Origin: Girardia tigrina
Taxonomy: Eukaryota
NCBI GenBank assembly: GCA_001938485.1
Contig: MQRK01197785.1
Span: forward strand, 1-57,909
Length of the DNA stretch: 57,909 nucleotides
Direction: 5' to 3'
A model generated the notes under the pieces. That model was not told the origin of the DNA and did no database searches. It saw nothing but the letters and a program-made list of their open reading frames with translations. Of this stretch, positions 1-13,620 are shown piece by piece (position 1 is the first letter of the stretch; each line of letters starts with the position of its first letter). The translations under genes and the position numbers were made by a program.

Positions 1-926
1 AAGTCTCTACGACAAGTATCTCGTGAGGTTGGAATTTCCAAGTCTACTGTCCAGCGCATAATGCAACGTTGTAATTGGAAAAGCTATATTCCAAGATTAG
101 TTCACGCTCTTAATGACAAGGACCCAGACCGAAGAGTACAGTATTGCAAGTGGTATTTGGAACAATGTCAGGGAAATGCAGGTTTTCCAACAAAAATTGT
201 GTTGAGTGATGAGGCCTCATTCAAATTAAATGGTAGCATNNNNNNNNNNNNNNNNNNNNNNNNNNNNNNNNNNNNNNNNNNNNNNNNNNNNNNNNNNNNN
301 NNNNNNNNNNNNNNNNNNNNNNNNNNNNNNNNNNNNNNNNNNNNNNNNNNNNNNNNNNNNNNNNNNNNNNNNNNNNNNNNNNNNNNNNNNNNNNNNNNNN
401 NNNNNNNNNNNNNNNTAGAATTGACTTTGAAGATGAAGAGTTTTTTTTCAGCAAGATGGGGCACCCCCACATTACCATCGCGATGTTCGTTCCTTTCTGG
501 ATGAGCTCTTGCCAAACAGGTGGATTGGACGAAGTGGTTTTGTTGAATATCCTTCCCGTTCACCAGACCTAACACCACTAGATTTTTTCTTATGGGGATA
601 CTTAAAAGACAAAGTCTACGCTAAGAAACCTGCAACAATCACTGAATTGAGAGAAGCAATTGAACATAAATGCAGCAAAATACCAAGGGAAATGTTTGTT
701 GATGTGTGCGATTCCATTGCTTCGCGTTGTCAGAAGTGTCTGGATCAAGATGGACGTCAGNNNNNNNNNNNNNNNNNNNNNNNNNNNNNNNNNNNNNNNN
801 NNNNNNNNNNCGTCAGTTTGAGAACAAACTGTGACCAATATAAATAAATATTACTCGTACTTATTTTTACTTTTTTAATCAATAAAATTAAATTTTTAAT
901 GTGTATACATATTTTTGGGACACCCT

Positions 927-927
<1 letters not shown>
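1..927 (+). mobile_element. Tc1/mariner DD41D (rosa/VS-type) transposon, 3' part with right TIR
   Basis: QQDGAPPH...WIGR...PSRSPDLTPLDFFLWGYLK with 41 residues between the last two Asp; terminal ...TTTTTGGGACACCCTG next to (TA)n. Confidence 0.88.
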
Positions 928-967
<40 letters not shown>

Positions 968-1352
968 GCAAAATATATTATTAATAAAAAAATCAGAACG
1001 ACTGTAAAACGATGTAGTCATGACACACAGTATAAGCTTGATACAGTTTACAACGTTTGATCAGAAAATAGTCGGTATTAGCAGTCTACAAGTATGAAAA
1101 AAAGGAATGGCGGCTTATTGGAGTGGTATGGGAACTCTGGATTGGCAGTATAATGATTAAAATTGAGTAATGTTGCGTTATAGTCTGTATCTATGTAAAT
1201 TACTGGAATTCGAAATATTCAATTAGTTAACTGAAGATAGTAAAATATCTTTTGAGAATTAATTATTTTGAAAAATGAAGTTTTTTGTTTTATATATGTA
1301 TACTGCATTAAAACGCTGTTTTATTCCATAATAAAAACAAATTTACACTTAC

Positions 1353-1511
1353 CTAATAATAACACTATTGTACATTGTGGTAAATCGGATTTTCTTTCAG
1401 TTTCCATTGAAATACCCATCAATTCTGGTATGTCGTCAACGGGTTTGCGTAAATCAATAGAATCCGGTACAATTTCTTCTTGAGAAGAGGAACCCAGTAC
1501 TGTAGATGTTA
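1353..1511 (-). CDS. AK5: AK5-like exon 7, linker and first strand of a second AK domain (...DLPQCTIVLLLG); gene continues beyond the window start
   Basis: Open frame between the ttag acceptor and a G|GTAAGT donor; ends in a hydrophobic strand plus Gly, as expected just before a GGPGxGK loop. Confidence 0.8.
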
Positions 1512-1562
1512 CTAATTAAGTCAAGAAATCGAAAATGTCTTTAGACGAAAAATAAAACGAAC

Positions 1563-1635
1563 TTCCTCTAATTTCTTTGTTAAACAAACTAAGAACTTCT
1601 TTGTAAACTGTTTCAGAATCCCTGTCTCCATCGAT
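1563..1635 (-). CDS. AK5: AK5-like exon 6 (IDGDRDSETVYKEVLSLFNKEIRG), end of first AK domain
   Basis: aaacag acceptor; IDG.R..E.VY is the AK C-terminal motif; followed by a 51-bp GT-AG intron (1512-1562) that removes an in-frame stop. Confidence 0.85.
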
Positions 1636-2624
1636 CTGTTTTTGGAGAAGGAAAAAAAATTATTATTTCTGATGTAAATAATATACATAAATTTTATTTT
1701 TACTCTTTGCTTTTTATTTGTGTATATATATTTGTGTGTAATTGTCTAACAATGTCATAAATTGTTGACATAAAAAACAAAAACAATAGATTCTTTCTTG
1801 ACAATGTCTCCTCAATTTCTTTTACATTAATGAGCCTTAACATGTTTGACTTGAGATATATATATATACAGCTGTGGACAATTGTGTATATTGCAAATGT
1901 TACTTGTTTCAGAAGAATAACAAAACACTTTCACTTATGAAAGATGGGACATAGCACTTGTTGTTTAAGGTACAGTGTCTAAAAGAGGAGAGAAAATTAT
2001 ATTTATTGTTTCAAATAAAGAAACATTCTTTTCGTTTTTCAGTTAAAGCTTTCCTTTTTCTCCAATGAAGAAGACAAATGATTCTGTCTGCGTTGATAAT
2101 TTATTTTCAAAGATAATCCTATAGAAACCTAATGCAAAACACGTTTGATGAAAGAATGACAAAATAAATAAAAGCGTCGAAGAATAATTATAAGCAAGTG
2201 TGTTATATTTGATTAAGTAATTAAGTATATTAAAAGAGAAGACTAAAAGAAATTTAACAAATCAATTTTTTTAGATATTTGAAGAAATGTTCTCTAACAG
2301 TTTGTTTCAGTAATTTGTAAATTTCTTTAAATAAAATAAAGACGTTTTCTAAATTTGGTTTGGTTAAAAAAACTTGATTCGAAAAGTCCTTTTTTTCAAA
2401 TTTCTATATAAAACCATTATATCATTAACATAGAAATATTTAGATTTTTCTAGAAGTCGTCAGAGCATCTTTAAGCTTCTTTTTTTGAACAGAGTAGTTG
2501 ATCATGTAAACCTTTTTTGGAAGAGACCAGAAAGGATGCAGAAATAATTTAGACTACATTATTTTGCCTTAACGAAAATTTTGCCTTCTTTACAAAAATA
2601 AAACCGTTTTTTGAGAAAAAGAAA

Positions 2625-3012
2625 ACTAGTAAATCAAAAAATTTTAATTTTTATATCCATTCTTTATGCAGACAGAACTCTACTTTGCCATCAAAGTTTT
2701 TAAAATTTAAAAAATTTCAATTAAAAAACACATTAAAAATTAATATAAACTACTTATAATTTATAAGTAGATATCTTGCAATTAATATTGTTCGGGAACT
2801 CGGAATTTTCCTTTTTTAGCTATTTTGGGATCTTAAAAAGTTTTTTTCGATCAAATTTTTACATAATCATTGATTATCATCGAGAATGAGTAGGTATATA
2901 AAGTTTGAAGAAAATCGATTGAGTAAAAAGCTTTCAAAAATAGGTTTCTAAATTCCACGGATACACACACATAAATATATATAGAAAGTACGCTAATAAA
3001 AAGAATAGAAAA
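2625..3012 (+). repeat. Dispersed family A (HINE-like: ACTAGTAAATC start, (TA)n, AAGAATGG-like sub-terminal repeat)
   Basis: Alignable copies at 4459-4812(+6056-6120), 10433-10800, 42462-42910, 52725-52805 (partial) and 54900-55166 (reverse). Confidence 0.8.
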
Positions 3013-4458
3013 AAGGCAAAATAAATAAAATTAACCACTTAACAAAGTAAAATAGACATTCCGTAACCAAAATAACTCAAGTGATGCTTAGAAAAGTTTA
3101 AGTCCAAAGCAAATGATTCGCCAAAACCATTAAATTTTAATTTAAATAATAATTTCAGTTAATCATTGTAACGTTTGGATATTTGTACAAAGCTTTATAC
3201 TATGCTAGAATATAGTTTAAAAGAACATTTAAGGATTTAACACAAGATGATTACAAGAGGGTAAATCTATCAGAACCATAGTTTAGAAAGATCTTTGATT
3301 AATTTAATTAAAGTAAAGGCAAATATTTGCAAAGGTTAATCATTGAAAATTCTAAATTATTGCAAAGGCTAAAAAGACGCTAAAGCTAAGATATTTCCGT
3401 TATCCGACTTGAATATATAATAATCTTAGAAAACAATGTCTAGTATGTACGACGAGAGCGTCATAACTTCCCAAAGTTACATACTCTCGTCTTCGTCACT
3501 TATGGACCACCAAACCATCCTTGTTTCCAATTCTGATCGTTTCTGCAAATCTAGTTATTACTGTTTGTTAAGATGAGCGTAATAATTAAACTAAACTTTG
3601 TTTAATAAAATATTAGTCTTAAGTATTAAATTATTTTTACTCGTGTAACTATTCATTTCTGCCCAGATATTCATCTACTCTCTTTTGTTTATGTTTTGTT
3701 TTGCTTTTTCCTGTGACAAAATGATTTCATAGTTATGTTATCTTCAACGTTCGTACATATGTTAATAATAGAAATTGCTTAGACTGCATCCAGTGCCCCA
3801 TGTCAACAACCCATAACTACATGTTGCAATGCATACAGAAAAGGAAAATGCTTGGAATATACATGCATCCCCTACACTATTGTTCAAGATTTTATCAATT
3901 ATTTGGTAAAAGTAAATGGCCGTATTGTCTATTTTAAAGTTTTATAATAATCTTTAATTAAATGTAATACTATTAATATTTGTATTCTTTTACATCAATG
4001 TAGAAGATTATTTCAACCCCTTGACAAATATTTTTTACATTTAGTTGTTCAAAAAGTTTGTGCCGTGCTTTCATTTAGGTAAAAGATTTTTCTAAAGCAA
4101 ATGACTTACAATTTGAATATTCCAATATTTGTAGCCTGGACACCAATGAGAAATTCTGGAGCACAGTTTTTAAAATCCTTTTCCAAAAAACAATAACAAA
4201 ACTCACACAACTGGTTGGAAATGGCTTTAAAAAACCATGTAATAAATGCAAAAGTCTATACAAATCTTATTTATGATGTGATCCTGTTATTATTTAATTG
4301 ACTAGACTTAAATATTTTTGCAGCATATACCTACTGGAAAACCCAATTTATAAATTGTAATCCGAAAGTTATCATAACACCAAAACGAAAAGAATTAAGT
4401 GCCAACAATTAACATTAATGGTACAACTTAAATCAGACAAAACGAAAATCAGCGGCTA

Positions 4459-6055
4459 ACTAGTAAATCAAAAAATTAAATTTTTTATATCCATTCTTTA
4501 TGCAGGCAGAATTCTATTTTACCAACAAAGATTTTAAAATTTAAAAAAATTAACATTTAAAAAATTTTAATTAAAAAAAGAATCAAAATTAATATAAACT
4601 ACTTAGGATTTTAAAGTTAGGATTTATTTTCGGGAACTCGAAATTTTCCGTTTTTTACAATTTTGGGATCTTGAAAAGTTTTTTTCGATCAAAGTTTTAC
4701 ATAATCATTTATTGTCATCGAAAATGAGTAAGTGTGCCAAGTTTGAAGAAAATCGATTGATTAAAAAGACTTCAAAAATAGGTTTCTAAATTCCATGTAT
4801 GTATATATATATATATTAGGGTGGTCGAAAAATAATGGCGGTTTTGGGACACATACTTCAAAGACGTGCAAATTCACAGAAACAAAAGTTTATTAATCAA
4901 AGTATGAACCGTTGGAATCAATAGATTTTTGCCAACGAGAAACAAGTTGTTTTATTCCATCAGCATAAAATGCATCGGTTCTCGAAGCGACGAATTCTTG
5001 GAAGGCATTTTGAGCATCATTTTGGTTTTTGAAAATTTTTTCACGTAGTAAGTTGTACAAATGCCTGAAAAAGTAGAAGTCCATTGGCGAGAGGTCTGGT
5101 GAATATGGTGGATGAAGTAGGGCTTCATAGCCCAACTTATTAAGCTTTTGAGAGTCACTTTTGAAATATGAGGTATAGCGTTATCATGAAGAATGATGGG
5201 ACTTTTTCGATTGACCAATCCCGGACAAAGGGTTTTCAATTTTTTATGCATTTCATCAATTTCATGACAGTACCTCTCCGCTGTGATTGTTTCANNNNNN
5301 NNNNNNNNNNNNNNNNNNNNNNNNNNNNNNNNNNNNNNNNNNNNNNNNNNNNNNNNNNNNNNNNNNNNNNNNNNNNNNNNNNNNNNNNNNNNNNNNNNNN
5401 NNNNNNNNNNNNNNNNNNNNNNNNNNNNNNNNNNNNNNNNNNNNNNNNNNNNNNNNNNNNNNNNNNNNNNNNNNNNNNNNNNNNNNNNNNNNNNNNNNNN
5501 NNNNNNNNNNNNNNNNNNNNNNNNNNNNNNNNNNNNNNNNNNNNNNNNNNNNNNNNNNNNNNNNNNNNNNNNNNNNNNNNNNNNNNNNNNNNNNNNNNNN
5601 NNNNNNNNNNNNNNNNNNNNNNNNNNNNNNNNNNNNNNNNNNNNNNNNNNNNNNNNNNNNNNNNNNNNNNNNNNNNNNNNNNNNNNNNNNNNNNNNNNNN
5701 NNNNNNNNNNNNNNNNNNNNNNNNNNNNNNNNNNNNNNNNNNNNNNNNNNNNNNNNNNNNNNNNNNNNNNNNNNNNNNNNNNNNNNNNNNNNNNNNNNNN
5801 NNNNNNNNNNNNNNNNNNNNNNNNNNNNNNNNNNNNNNNNNNNNNNNNNNNNNNNNNNNNNNNNNNNNNNNNNNNNNNNNNNNNNNNNNNNNNNNNNNNN
5901 NNNNNNNNNNNNNNNNNNNNNNNNNNNNNNNNNNNNNNNNNNNNNNNNNNNNNNNNNNNNNNNNNNNNNNNNNNNNNNNNNNNNNNNNNNNNNNNNNNNN
6001 NNNNNNNNNNNNNNNNNNNNNNNNNNNNNNNNNNNNNNNNNNNNNNNNNNNNNNN

Positions 6056-6094
<39 letters not shown>

Positions 6095-6120
6095 GTGAGC
6101 TAATAAAGGAATGAAAAAAA
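4459..6120 (+). repeat. Family A copy split by a mariner inserted in its (TA)n
   Basis: 5' part 4459-4812; 3' tail GACAGTGAGCTAATAAAGGAATG resumes at 6091. Confidence 0.7.
4815..5294 (-). mobile_element. Mariner (DD34D, Hsmar1/cecropia-like TIR) 3' part; remainder probably in the N gap to 6055
   Basis: HDNA...HPPYSPDLSPMDFYFF...NGSYFD with a frameshift; TIR TTAGGGTGGTCGAAAAATAATGGCGGTTTT; flanked by (TA)n on both sides of the gap. Confidence 0.88.
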
Positions 6121-6741
6121 CTGGCAAATTATGTTTAAAAACCAAAACACACCATTTGTAAACCAAAATTTTTATTTTTTAGTACAATTAATTTCGAAAG
6201 TATAAGCGTCATCGCCAGGTCTCTAGAAAAAATGAACTTTAAATCTGCTTATCTTAAAACGTAAATTTGGTGGAACTCTAATTTTGTAGGTTGAATATAT
6301 TGATTTAAAATTTGATAAATGATACGAGTAAATAAAAAGAAAAAAACTCTATCAATTTATCAATCAAAATAAAACTATTTCCACGGTATTATCCACACTT
6401 TTACAATAGAGGGACAATAAAGATGATGTTCAATCAAAAGAAAATTAACTTGAAAAACATTTCCATCTAGAATTGTTCATCAATCAACATTCTATCAAAA
6501 CATACTTTTACTAAAACATTTTATAAACGTTCTTAAGGAAGTTGAAAACTTTAATTGTTACAATCTATTTTTGTTCCTTTTTAAGTCAATTATCCTTTCA
6601 GAATAGTCTACTTTTTGAGATATTTATGAATTAAACTCTAGTCGTAATTGTCTTTTGACTTTGATAGTGTAATATTAATATAATGAATATTATTCTTATC
6701 TTTTTTGCACTTAAGAAAAAATAAATAAAATAAAAACTAAC

Positions 6742-6939
6742 CAGTCTCAATTTTTTTTGATCGTCAAAATATTTGCAAACCGCCAATGTATTTGATTTGT
6801 AATTTAAAATTTTCTTAGCAACTGCATTAAGTGTGAAATCCCTCCATTCATTGGAATTCGGTTTATTTTGTAAATTTCTCTGACAAACATCTTCTTCGCA
6901 GTCAATCAGCACCATAAACTTCAATTTGCTAAAACCAAT
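6742..6939 (-). CDS. AK5: AK5-like exon 5, LID region (IGFSKLKFMVLIDCEEDVCQRNL...FDDQKKLRL)
   Basis: Follows a 56-bp GT-AG intron (6940-6995); 198 bp, phase 0-0; AK core strand/LID pattern. Confidence 0.9.
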
Positions 6940-6995
6940 CTAAAGATAATTGTTTTTTATATCTAAATTTATAATCTATGGAAAATTTCACGCAC

Positions 6996-7109
6996 TAATC
7001 TTTCGAAATCTCTTCTTTCCTGGTCTGTACGAGGGTACCCATCAATAAGGAAATGTTTTTTATCTACATTCTTGTTGAGTTCTTTTATGAGAATATCCAA
7101 AACCAAGTC
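6996..7109 (-). CDS. AK5: AK5-like exon 4 (DLVLDILIKELNKNVDKKHFLIDGYPRTDQERRDFERL)
   Basis: Adenylate kinase signature FLIDGYPR; ttcag acceptor and GT donor, 114 bp, phase 0-0. Confidence 0.92.
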
Positions 7110-7469
7110 CTGAAAGAAAATTGTAAAATAATTTAAACTGAAGGAAAATATTCTAAAATCTGAGTCAGTTGTAACCAGAAAGTATTCCAATACAATGGCA
7201 GAGTACTAAAATGTGAAAATAAGCACCATGAAGTCACTTTACCACCGTAAAGAAAAAAGCATCTTAAAAAAATAGAATGTCCACACGGTTTTTTTCGTTT
7301 TGTTATTAGACCTTTTTTCGGGATAAAGAATTATTCAAATTTTTACATTTCTGTGAATCAAGCTCAAAATCTTTATTAATTTCATCCCTTTACGTTTCAG
7401 GATCATTTTTTAGGACTATAGTTTATGTTTAATGACGTATTAACTCTTGTGTGTATTCGAAAATACTAA

Positions 7470-8500
7470 TTAATTTAGGTAAGTAAATAAACTAAAATGG
7501 TCAGTAAATTAAAAATTAAATTGGTTGAATATGAATAGGTTAGTAAATAAATAATCAATTGATCAGTAAAAAATACTGTAATTATTTTAATTAATTTATA
7601 TTAATTAACCTATTAATTTTAAGCCGATGAATAACTTTCGCATTGAAGATTATCAAAGCGATGAAGAAATCGACGTACAACAACGAAGAAGAGGCTACAA
7701 AAGCATTATCATTGGATAAACTCTGCGGACGTTTGTTTCAGAACCAAAGTTACAATGGACGAAAAATCTGCTATCGTTGCAACAAGGTTTAAAAACGCAA
7801 TGAAAAACAATGTTCCGTGGATATAGAAAACGCTACAGTTTTCAAGTCTATAGCTGAACATGACCAGTGCACCAAAATTCATGATATATAATGATTAAGC
7901 AAAGAAATCAAGAAGCGAATACGATAAATTTTTGATTATGGTATCACAAATCCAAAGCAGATAATTTGTGCATTGCAATCAAGAAAAATAGGACGTACTA
8001 TCTCTTTAAAACTATGGAATAAGTTTAATCAATAGGCCAAATCTTCAAAAGATATCAATGGAGAAGATGAAGGCCCCAGACGAATGTATTACATTCATGC
8101 TAGAGTCACGGAGAAAGTAAGTGACAATGATTTAGTGAAATATAAAGATCAATACTTTGCAACTTTCGCACAATTCAAAAAATCTTTTAGTATTTGGTGA
8201 ATGGAAGAAGTTAACAATTGGATGAACGTAACATGTAACTGCCAAGCATTTCTGAAGGATTACATCTGTAAGCATTTTGTTGGTATTGGAATTTGTCTCA
8301 AACAATGCAAACCACCCGCAACAGCTAAAGAAGTTCCTATTGGCAAAAAGATATTATATCATTTTTTACCGCTCAATCAAGTTTTTTACTGATGAATTGC
8401 ATATATATTGACTAAACTATTAATATTTTACTGATCAATTTGTTATTTATATACTAACCTATTAATATTAAACCATTAATTAATACTTTTTAATTTTTAT
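7470..8500 (+). mobile_element. Internally deleted MULE/Mutator-like element with SWIM zinc finger and long TIRs
   Basis: CNCQAFLKDYICKH SWIM motif in ORF 8201..8392; inverted repeats 7534-7571 / 8426-8463 (AATAGGTTAGTA...ATTGATCAGTAAAA). Confidence 0.75.
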
Positions 8501-8989
8501 CAATTGTTAAAGAAATCATCAAATATTGAAATATACACTTGAACATTCCAGTCTCAATTAAATAAAACATAACAAAATATATAAAGTTTATATAACCAAA
8601 AAGAGTTAAAAAAATATTTTTTTAAAAACCGACAAAATATTTAATAATTGAGTAAAACAAAAAAGTACATAAAGTTTAAAAATTAAAAAAACTTAGATTA
8701 ATTAAAATTAATAGATTTTAAAAGGAAAATATTTAGTAAAAGTTTTAAAATAAGAATTTTTAAATAAATAATAAAAACAATAAACTAGGTCAAATCTATA
8801 ATATAGAACGAAATTATTTTAAAGTAAAAGTTTATGATAAATTAAATTTAAAATAAGGTAAATATTTATTAAAAAATAGTAAATTTCAAAGATAAATTTT
8901 AATAAATGGATTTTGGCGAAATGATTAAACTAGCGAGTAGAAATTTGTTTAAATGTGTGTGTAAGTTTCATTAATAAAGTTTTGTGTGA

Positions 8990-9620
8990 AATCATGAATT
9001 CTTGTCCCAGAAATTTGTGAGTACTGCAAAGTTGAAATGTATGTCAATGTCACGTGTCGCTTTGTACGCTCTCCGCTCAAAGTTGACCTGTAGATTTACT
9101 TTCATGAGCGCAAGCGTATTGTTCTGATAGACATAAAATGTCCCTTTGATGAGAAGGAGAACTTTGATAGGGCTAATAGGGGCAATCTTTAGAAATACAG
9201 ACCTCTTCGAGACTCAATTCAAAAGCCAATACGGCGACCATACAGTGTTATTGTTAACATTTATTTAGGTACATGGATCCCTCAAAACCGTGAACCTCTA
9301 GATGCCGTATTCCTTGCCGACTATGAAAAAGCCATTACTTATGCATCTATTAGATCAAATATCCATCCCGTCTGTGGGTTGCCTTCAAGGATTCGAAAGA
9401 CGCCAGTAATCTATTGCAGTTCCGAGACGACCCGATCCACAATCCAAGAACTACACTAAAGGAAGGGGCAATATTCGAGGAAGATACTGAGGAGCTATGA
9501 CCTCAGCCAATCCAATCAAATAAAGGCGGCAATTTAGCTGTCTCATACAGCTTACAATTGGCAATCAGCCAATCCAACACACCAGAAAAAAGTCCCGTCT
9601 GGGCAATCAAAAACTTTTGT
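8990..9620 (+). mobile_element. Relic of an RLE-clade (R2/NeSL/R5-like) non-LTR retrotransposon: endonuclease domain and 3' region
   Basis: Manual translation ...LKVDL*IYFHERKRIVLIDIKCPFDEKENFDRANRGNL*KYRPL...LGTW, the restriction-like endonuclease pattern PD...D(V/I)xxPF...KY...GxW. Confidence 0.7.
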
Positions 9621-10432
9621 TTTATAATAAATTTTACGAACCTTGAATGAAACATCTTCACAATGTCAATGCAACTAACAGCTTTTAAATTTATTTTTTG
9701 CTAAATATACGAAAAGATTTAATGAAAAAAAAACTTTAAAAAATAACCAAATAAAAATTCTTTTAAAAAAAATCAGAAAAAAAGCTTTTGTCCTTTATGC
9801 TTCGTAAGGATAAATTAAGAAGGAAAATTATTTTCTTTGATGTAATTTTATTCACTGAAAATTATTTATCACCTATTGTTGTCAGTGTAAAGGAAATTTA
9901 TCGGATAAACAAAATGGAATTTCTTTGTTTTTCCTCTTAATTAATGGGAATATAATGGGGTTTTGTTTTGAAAAACCGCAAATATGGCAGGTCTGAATCA
10001 GTACAATGGCAATGTAGTTTAGAGATAAAAATAAAATAAAAATTATTATTCTGAGGGAAATACACAGGGAAAATAGTTTACAAAATTACAAGTCTTCTTA
10101 GAGATAATCAAAAACGGAAATATAACATATAATCACATAAATTCTAATTACTTTCGAGATAAAAAGATTTTAAAATAATTATTAGCAACAAAAATCTTGA
10201 TGTTGGTTCATAGGCGCACCATATCTTAAAGGGTTGTCGATCGGGAAACAAAAGGGAAAAATAAAAAAAAATAATATATGGTTTATAATTTTTTTTGTTT
10301 TTTTAATTTTAATTGTTTTATGACTCTTAATATAAAATTAGAAATAAAATTAAATACAATATTTATTTTTACGTGATGTATATTTACAAATAAATAAAAT
10401 AAACGTGAAGTCATAATAAATTAATATTATTA

Positions 10433-10800
10433 ACTAGTAAATCTAAATATAAAATTTTTTATATCCATTCTTTATGCAGACAGAACTCTACTTTGCCAAC
10501 AAAGCTTTAAAAATTTAAAAAATTTAAATTAAAAAAACTACTTATAATTTATAAATAGATGTCTTGCAATTAATATTGTTCGGAAAATCGGAATTTTCCG
10601 TTTTTTTTCCATTTTGGGATCTTAAAAAGTTTTTTTCGATCAAATTTTTACATAATCATTTATTGTCATCGAGAATGAGTAAGTGTGCAAAGTTTGAAGA
10701 AAATCGATTAAGTAAAAAGCCTTCAAAAACAGGATTCTACATTCCATATATATATATATATATATATATAGAAAGTAAACTAATAAAAAGAATGGAAAAA
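10433..10800 (+). repeat. Family A copy
   Basis: High similarity to 2625-3012. Confidence 0.8.
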
Positions 10801-11189
10801 CAGATATTAAATAGTAGTAGTTTATATTATAAATATGAAATACAATCAAAATTATGTCGTGGAATAGGAAATACTAACGTTCAAAGACGTCTACATGATG
10901 ACCCAGTTACCTTGTTACAAAAAATAACATGTTTTTATGAATATTACAATTTGTCAATGATTATTTAAACAGGGTTCTTCAAATTAATTGTTTTTATTTC
11001 TAAATTCTTTACTGTAACCTAGAGTTTGTTACCCTATTGTCTATGAATTATAATTTTCTTATAAACGTCAATGTATTTTATTGTTGCATTTACAAAGAAA
11101 ATCTGTGAAAGAAATACGAAATTTAAAATTTGCTAATAAAATTAATCTTACGTTCATTTATCGAATACTAAAATATTACAAAGAGACGG

Positions 11190-11940
11190 GTTAGGTTATA
11201 CCTTCAAATGATTGTGACAGCAAACAAACAGTTCGCAATCGCCAATTCAATAAAGTTACAAAACCGGTTCTTAATTCTACTTCAAAGAGGTAAGCCAGTA
11301 AGTTCAAAGTGTCTTGGAGTTCAATTCAGTGCGTTATAAAAGAAGATGCTCACTTATATCATTATAGATAGAGTTTTGGTCTTACTCTAAATGATCAAAA
11401 AAAGAAAATATTCTTATTCGATACATGTAAATATTACGCGAGTATTCTAAATCTTGTTGCTTTCTCTGCAAACAAATTAAGCATATTAGAAAGGTCTAAG
11501 TACCTTTAAAATTTTCACCTGTACTGCAAATTGATTAAAAAGATCAAACCGAAGAGCGAGTTGTTCTAAAACGTCAAAGAGCCCAGATTTACCCTTTTTC
11601 TGAACAAAGGTCGACTTCATTTATTGTTTTTTCAGTAAGATATTAAAATTATTTTACAAATTTTCTTCCACAAAAAGAAGCAAACATGTCTCTGACATGC
11701 ACCAACTCTTTTTTCTGATATAAGCCGAGGTTTTCAGCAGGATTTCAAAACAATCACATAGAGCAAATTCTTGCTCTGGACCTAAACCTTGTTGATTATT
11801 TGATATTGGATATTAGCATAAACAATTCGAGTTCTATGAGCCTTACTCAGTTAAAAAAATAATTACAAAATGGAAAGAATAGCCTGGATCAGAAACATAG
11901 GATTAAATATGAAAGTGATCAAATTGAAACAATCAAATAA
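11190..11940 (+). mobile_element. Highly decayed Tc1/maT-like transposase relic
   Basis: Remnant DLNLVDYLILDI near 11780 resembles SPDLNPLDYSIW. Confidence 0.4.
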
Positions 11941-12014
11941 CATGGATCAAATGTATCAATAAATATTATTCTTGGTTTATACTGTTTTCATCCACAGGTT
12001 TATCTGACGTTTCT

Positions 12015-12365
12015 ATTAAATGGGCCTCCAATCTCTTTCAATAATGCTTTTGAGCCTACATGTTCTTTAGATGGTCAATCCAAACCAAATAAGTCTATAA
12101 GCCCCCGACAGGCCTCCTATGAAGACGTCAGCCTTTCGCATCCGCCCACGCTTTGGCAATCCAGTGAGAAAGGACCAGTAATGGGTAGCGATCCCATGAT
12201 TCTGCATCCATTTGGCTGTGTATGTGGACTTTACACATCCGCGAAAAGGGTATTTGAAGATTCCTCTCGCATTTAGATCTTTAAGGCGGTAGCCCAGATG
12301 GTTTTATAAGGGATTTGCTTCTGACTTTTCTGTCGTAGCAACATTTGGATCGAAGATTGGTACTT
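12015..12365 (-). mobile_element. C2H2 zinc-finger retroposon-like family, copy 1
   Basis: Translates to YRLKDLNARGIFKYPFRGCVKSTYTAKWMQNHGIATHYWSFLTGLPKR; shares its 3' tail with copies at 40750 and 46743. Confidence 0.65.
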
Positions 12366-12759
12366 GATTATGTATTAAATAATATTTCGTATCTATTTTT
12401 CCAAATTTAACAAGAGAAAACGAAATAAAATTATGATATCTAAAACTTGCAATAAAACAGTTTCAAATACATTCGATGAATTTTCACAATATTTAATATT
12501 CTTTCGGTATGACTTTCCTTTGCGTAAATTTGAAAACAAGTTTTCATCAATTTTGTGTAGTGTTTTCTTTTCCAAATATTAAGTAAAAGGATAAATAAAA
12601 ATGAATTATTATATTCCTGAAAGAAATGCTTTATTTATAGATATTTATTCTTTATACTTCTTTTGACTTTTAATACGTTATTCGCTCAATAAGTAGTGAA
12701 CCTAGTACAATAATCAATGAACAATGTCAAAAACAATTTTAATTTATAACAACAAAACT

Positions 12760-13620
12760 ATGAAGGTTATTATTTTTAAAAAAACTCCAAAAACGTCCAC
12801 ACACTTTTGCCAACGCTTGGCTAACTCAATGAAGGCATTTTCAAAGTGGCATTTTCAAAGAAATTCATAAACTACATGCTGCAAATCTTCTTTGGAGGAG
12901 TAATTGTGGCCTCTTAGGACTCGCTTGAGATGGTTAAATAAGAAAAAAATCAGAGTGGAGCTGGTCAAGGCTATAGGGTGGTGTGAGAGCACTATAAGAC
13001 GACAACTCTGAATGGCTGCTATTGAATGACCACTAGTGTAAATTGTCATGTAGGTAGTTTTTTTCTTCTAAGTTTCCGAGTCTGTTGTACAAGATCGGGA
13101 TAGTACGCAGTGTTTAGGCGAACACCAGATTCCGCAAAATCTATGAGAATTACACCACTTGCATCCCGAAAAATTGATGTTCGCATCTTCCTTGAACTGG
13201 TCTCACCTGGCAGTTTCGATTTTTTTGAATCCCATTTTTGACTCAAAAATGTATAGACAGAATGGTGTCTCATCTATTTCTCTAGAAGTGATTCTTCTTT
13301 CATTTTGGATGATTTTCTCCAACTTTTCCGTTATTTTGTTCCTTGATTTCACTAGGCTTTCCAAACTTTTCCATGTTCACCAAACTAGTTCTTTCAGCTT
13401 TAAATAAATTGAACCAGCGTTTTATTGTAGTCGTAGAAGGACTCTCATTACCATAAACACCATTCAGTCCCATCTGGATTTCATCCCGACCTTTACCTTT
13501 CAAAAACAAGAAGCGAATAACAGTGCGGTATTGAACACTTTTAATGTCATTTTCAAAATCACGCAATAAATTTAATAAGAAACAATGACAGACTAAAACA
13601 AACTTGACAAAAGTGATCTA
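12760..13620 (-). mobile_element. Decayed mariner transposon (irritans-like)
   Basis: YRTVIRFLFLKG...TIKRWFNLFK HTH; IFRDASGVILIDF; FFLFNHLKRVLRG; frameshifted across ORFs 13300..13566, 13046..13273 and 12855..13049. Confidence 0.85.

Noticed and set aside
3700-4420. Possible transposase relic (similar case at 55660-56340)
   Set aside because: Coding-like composition but no motif I can assign with confidence
4952-6166. Long ORFs of 270-400 aa (similar cases at 61-578, 21207-21739 and 48024-48273)
   Set aside because: Artefacts of translating through N gaps and (TA)n tracts
10564-10968. 134-aa ORF
   Set aside because: Lies in non-coding repeat family A; the frame is not preserved in other copies
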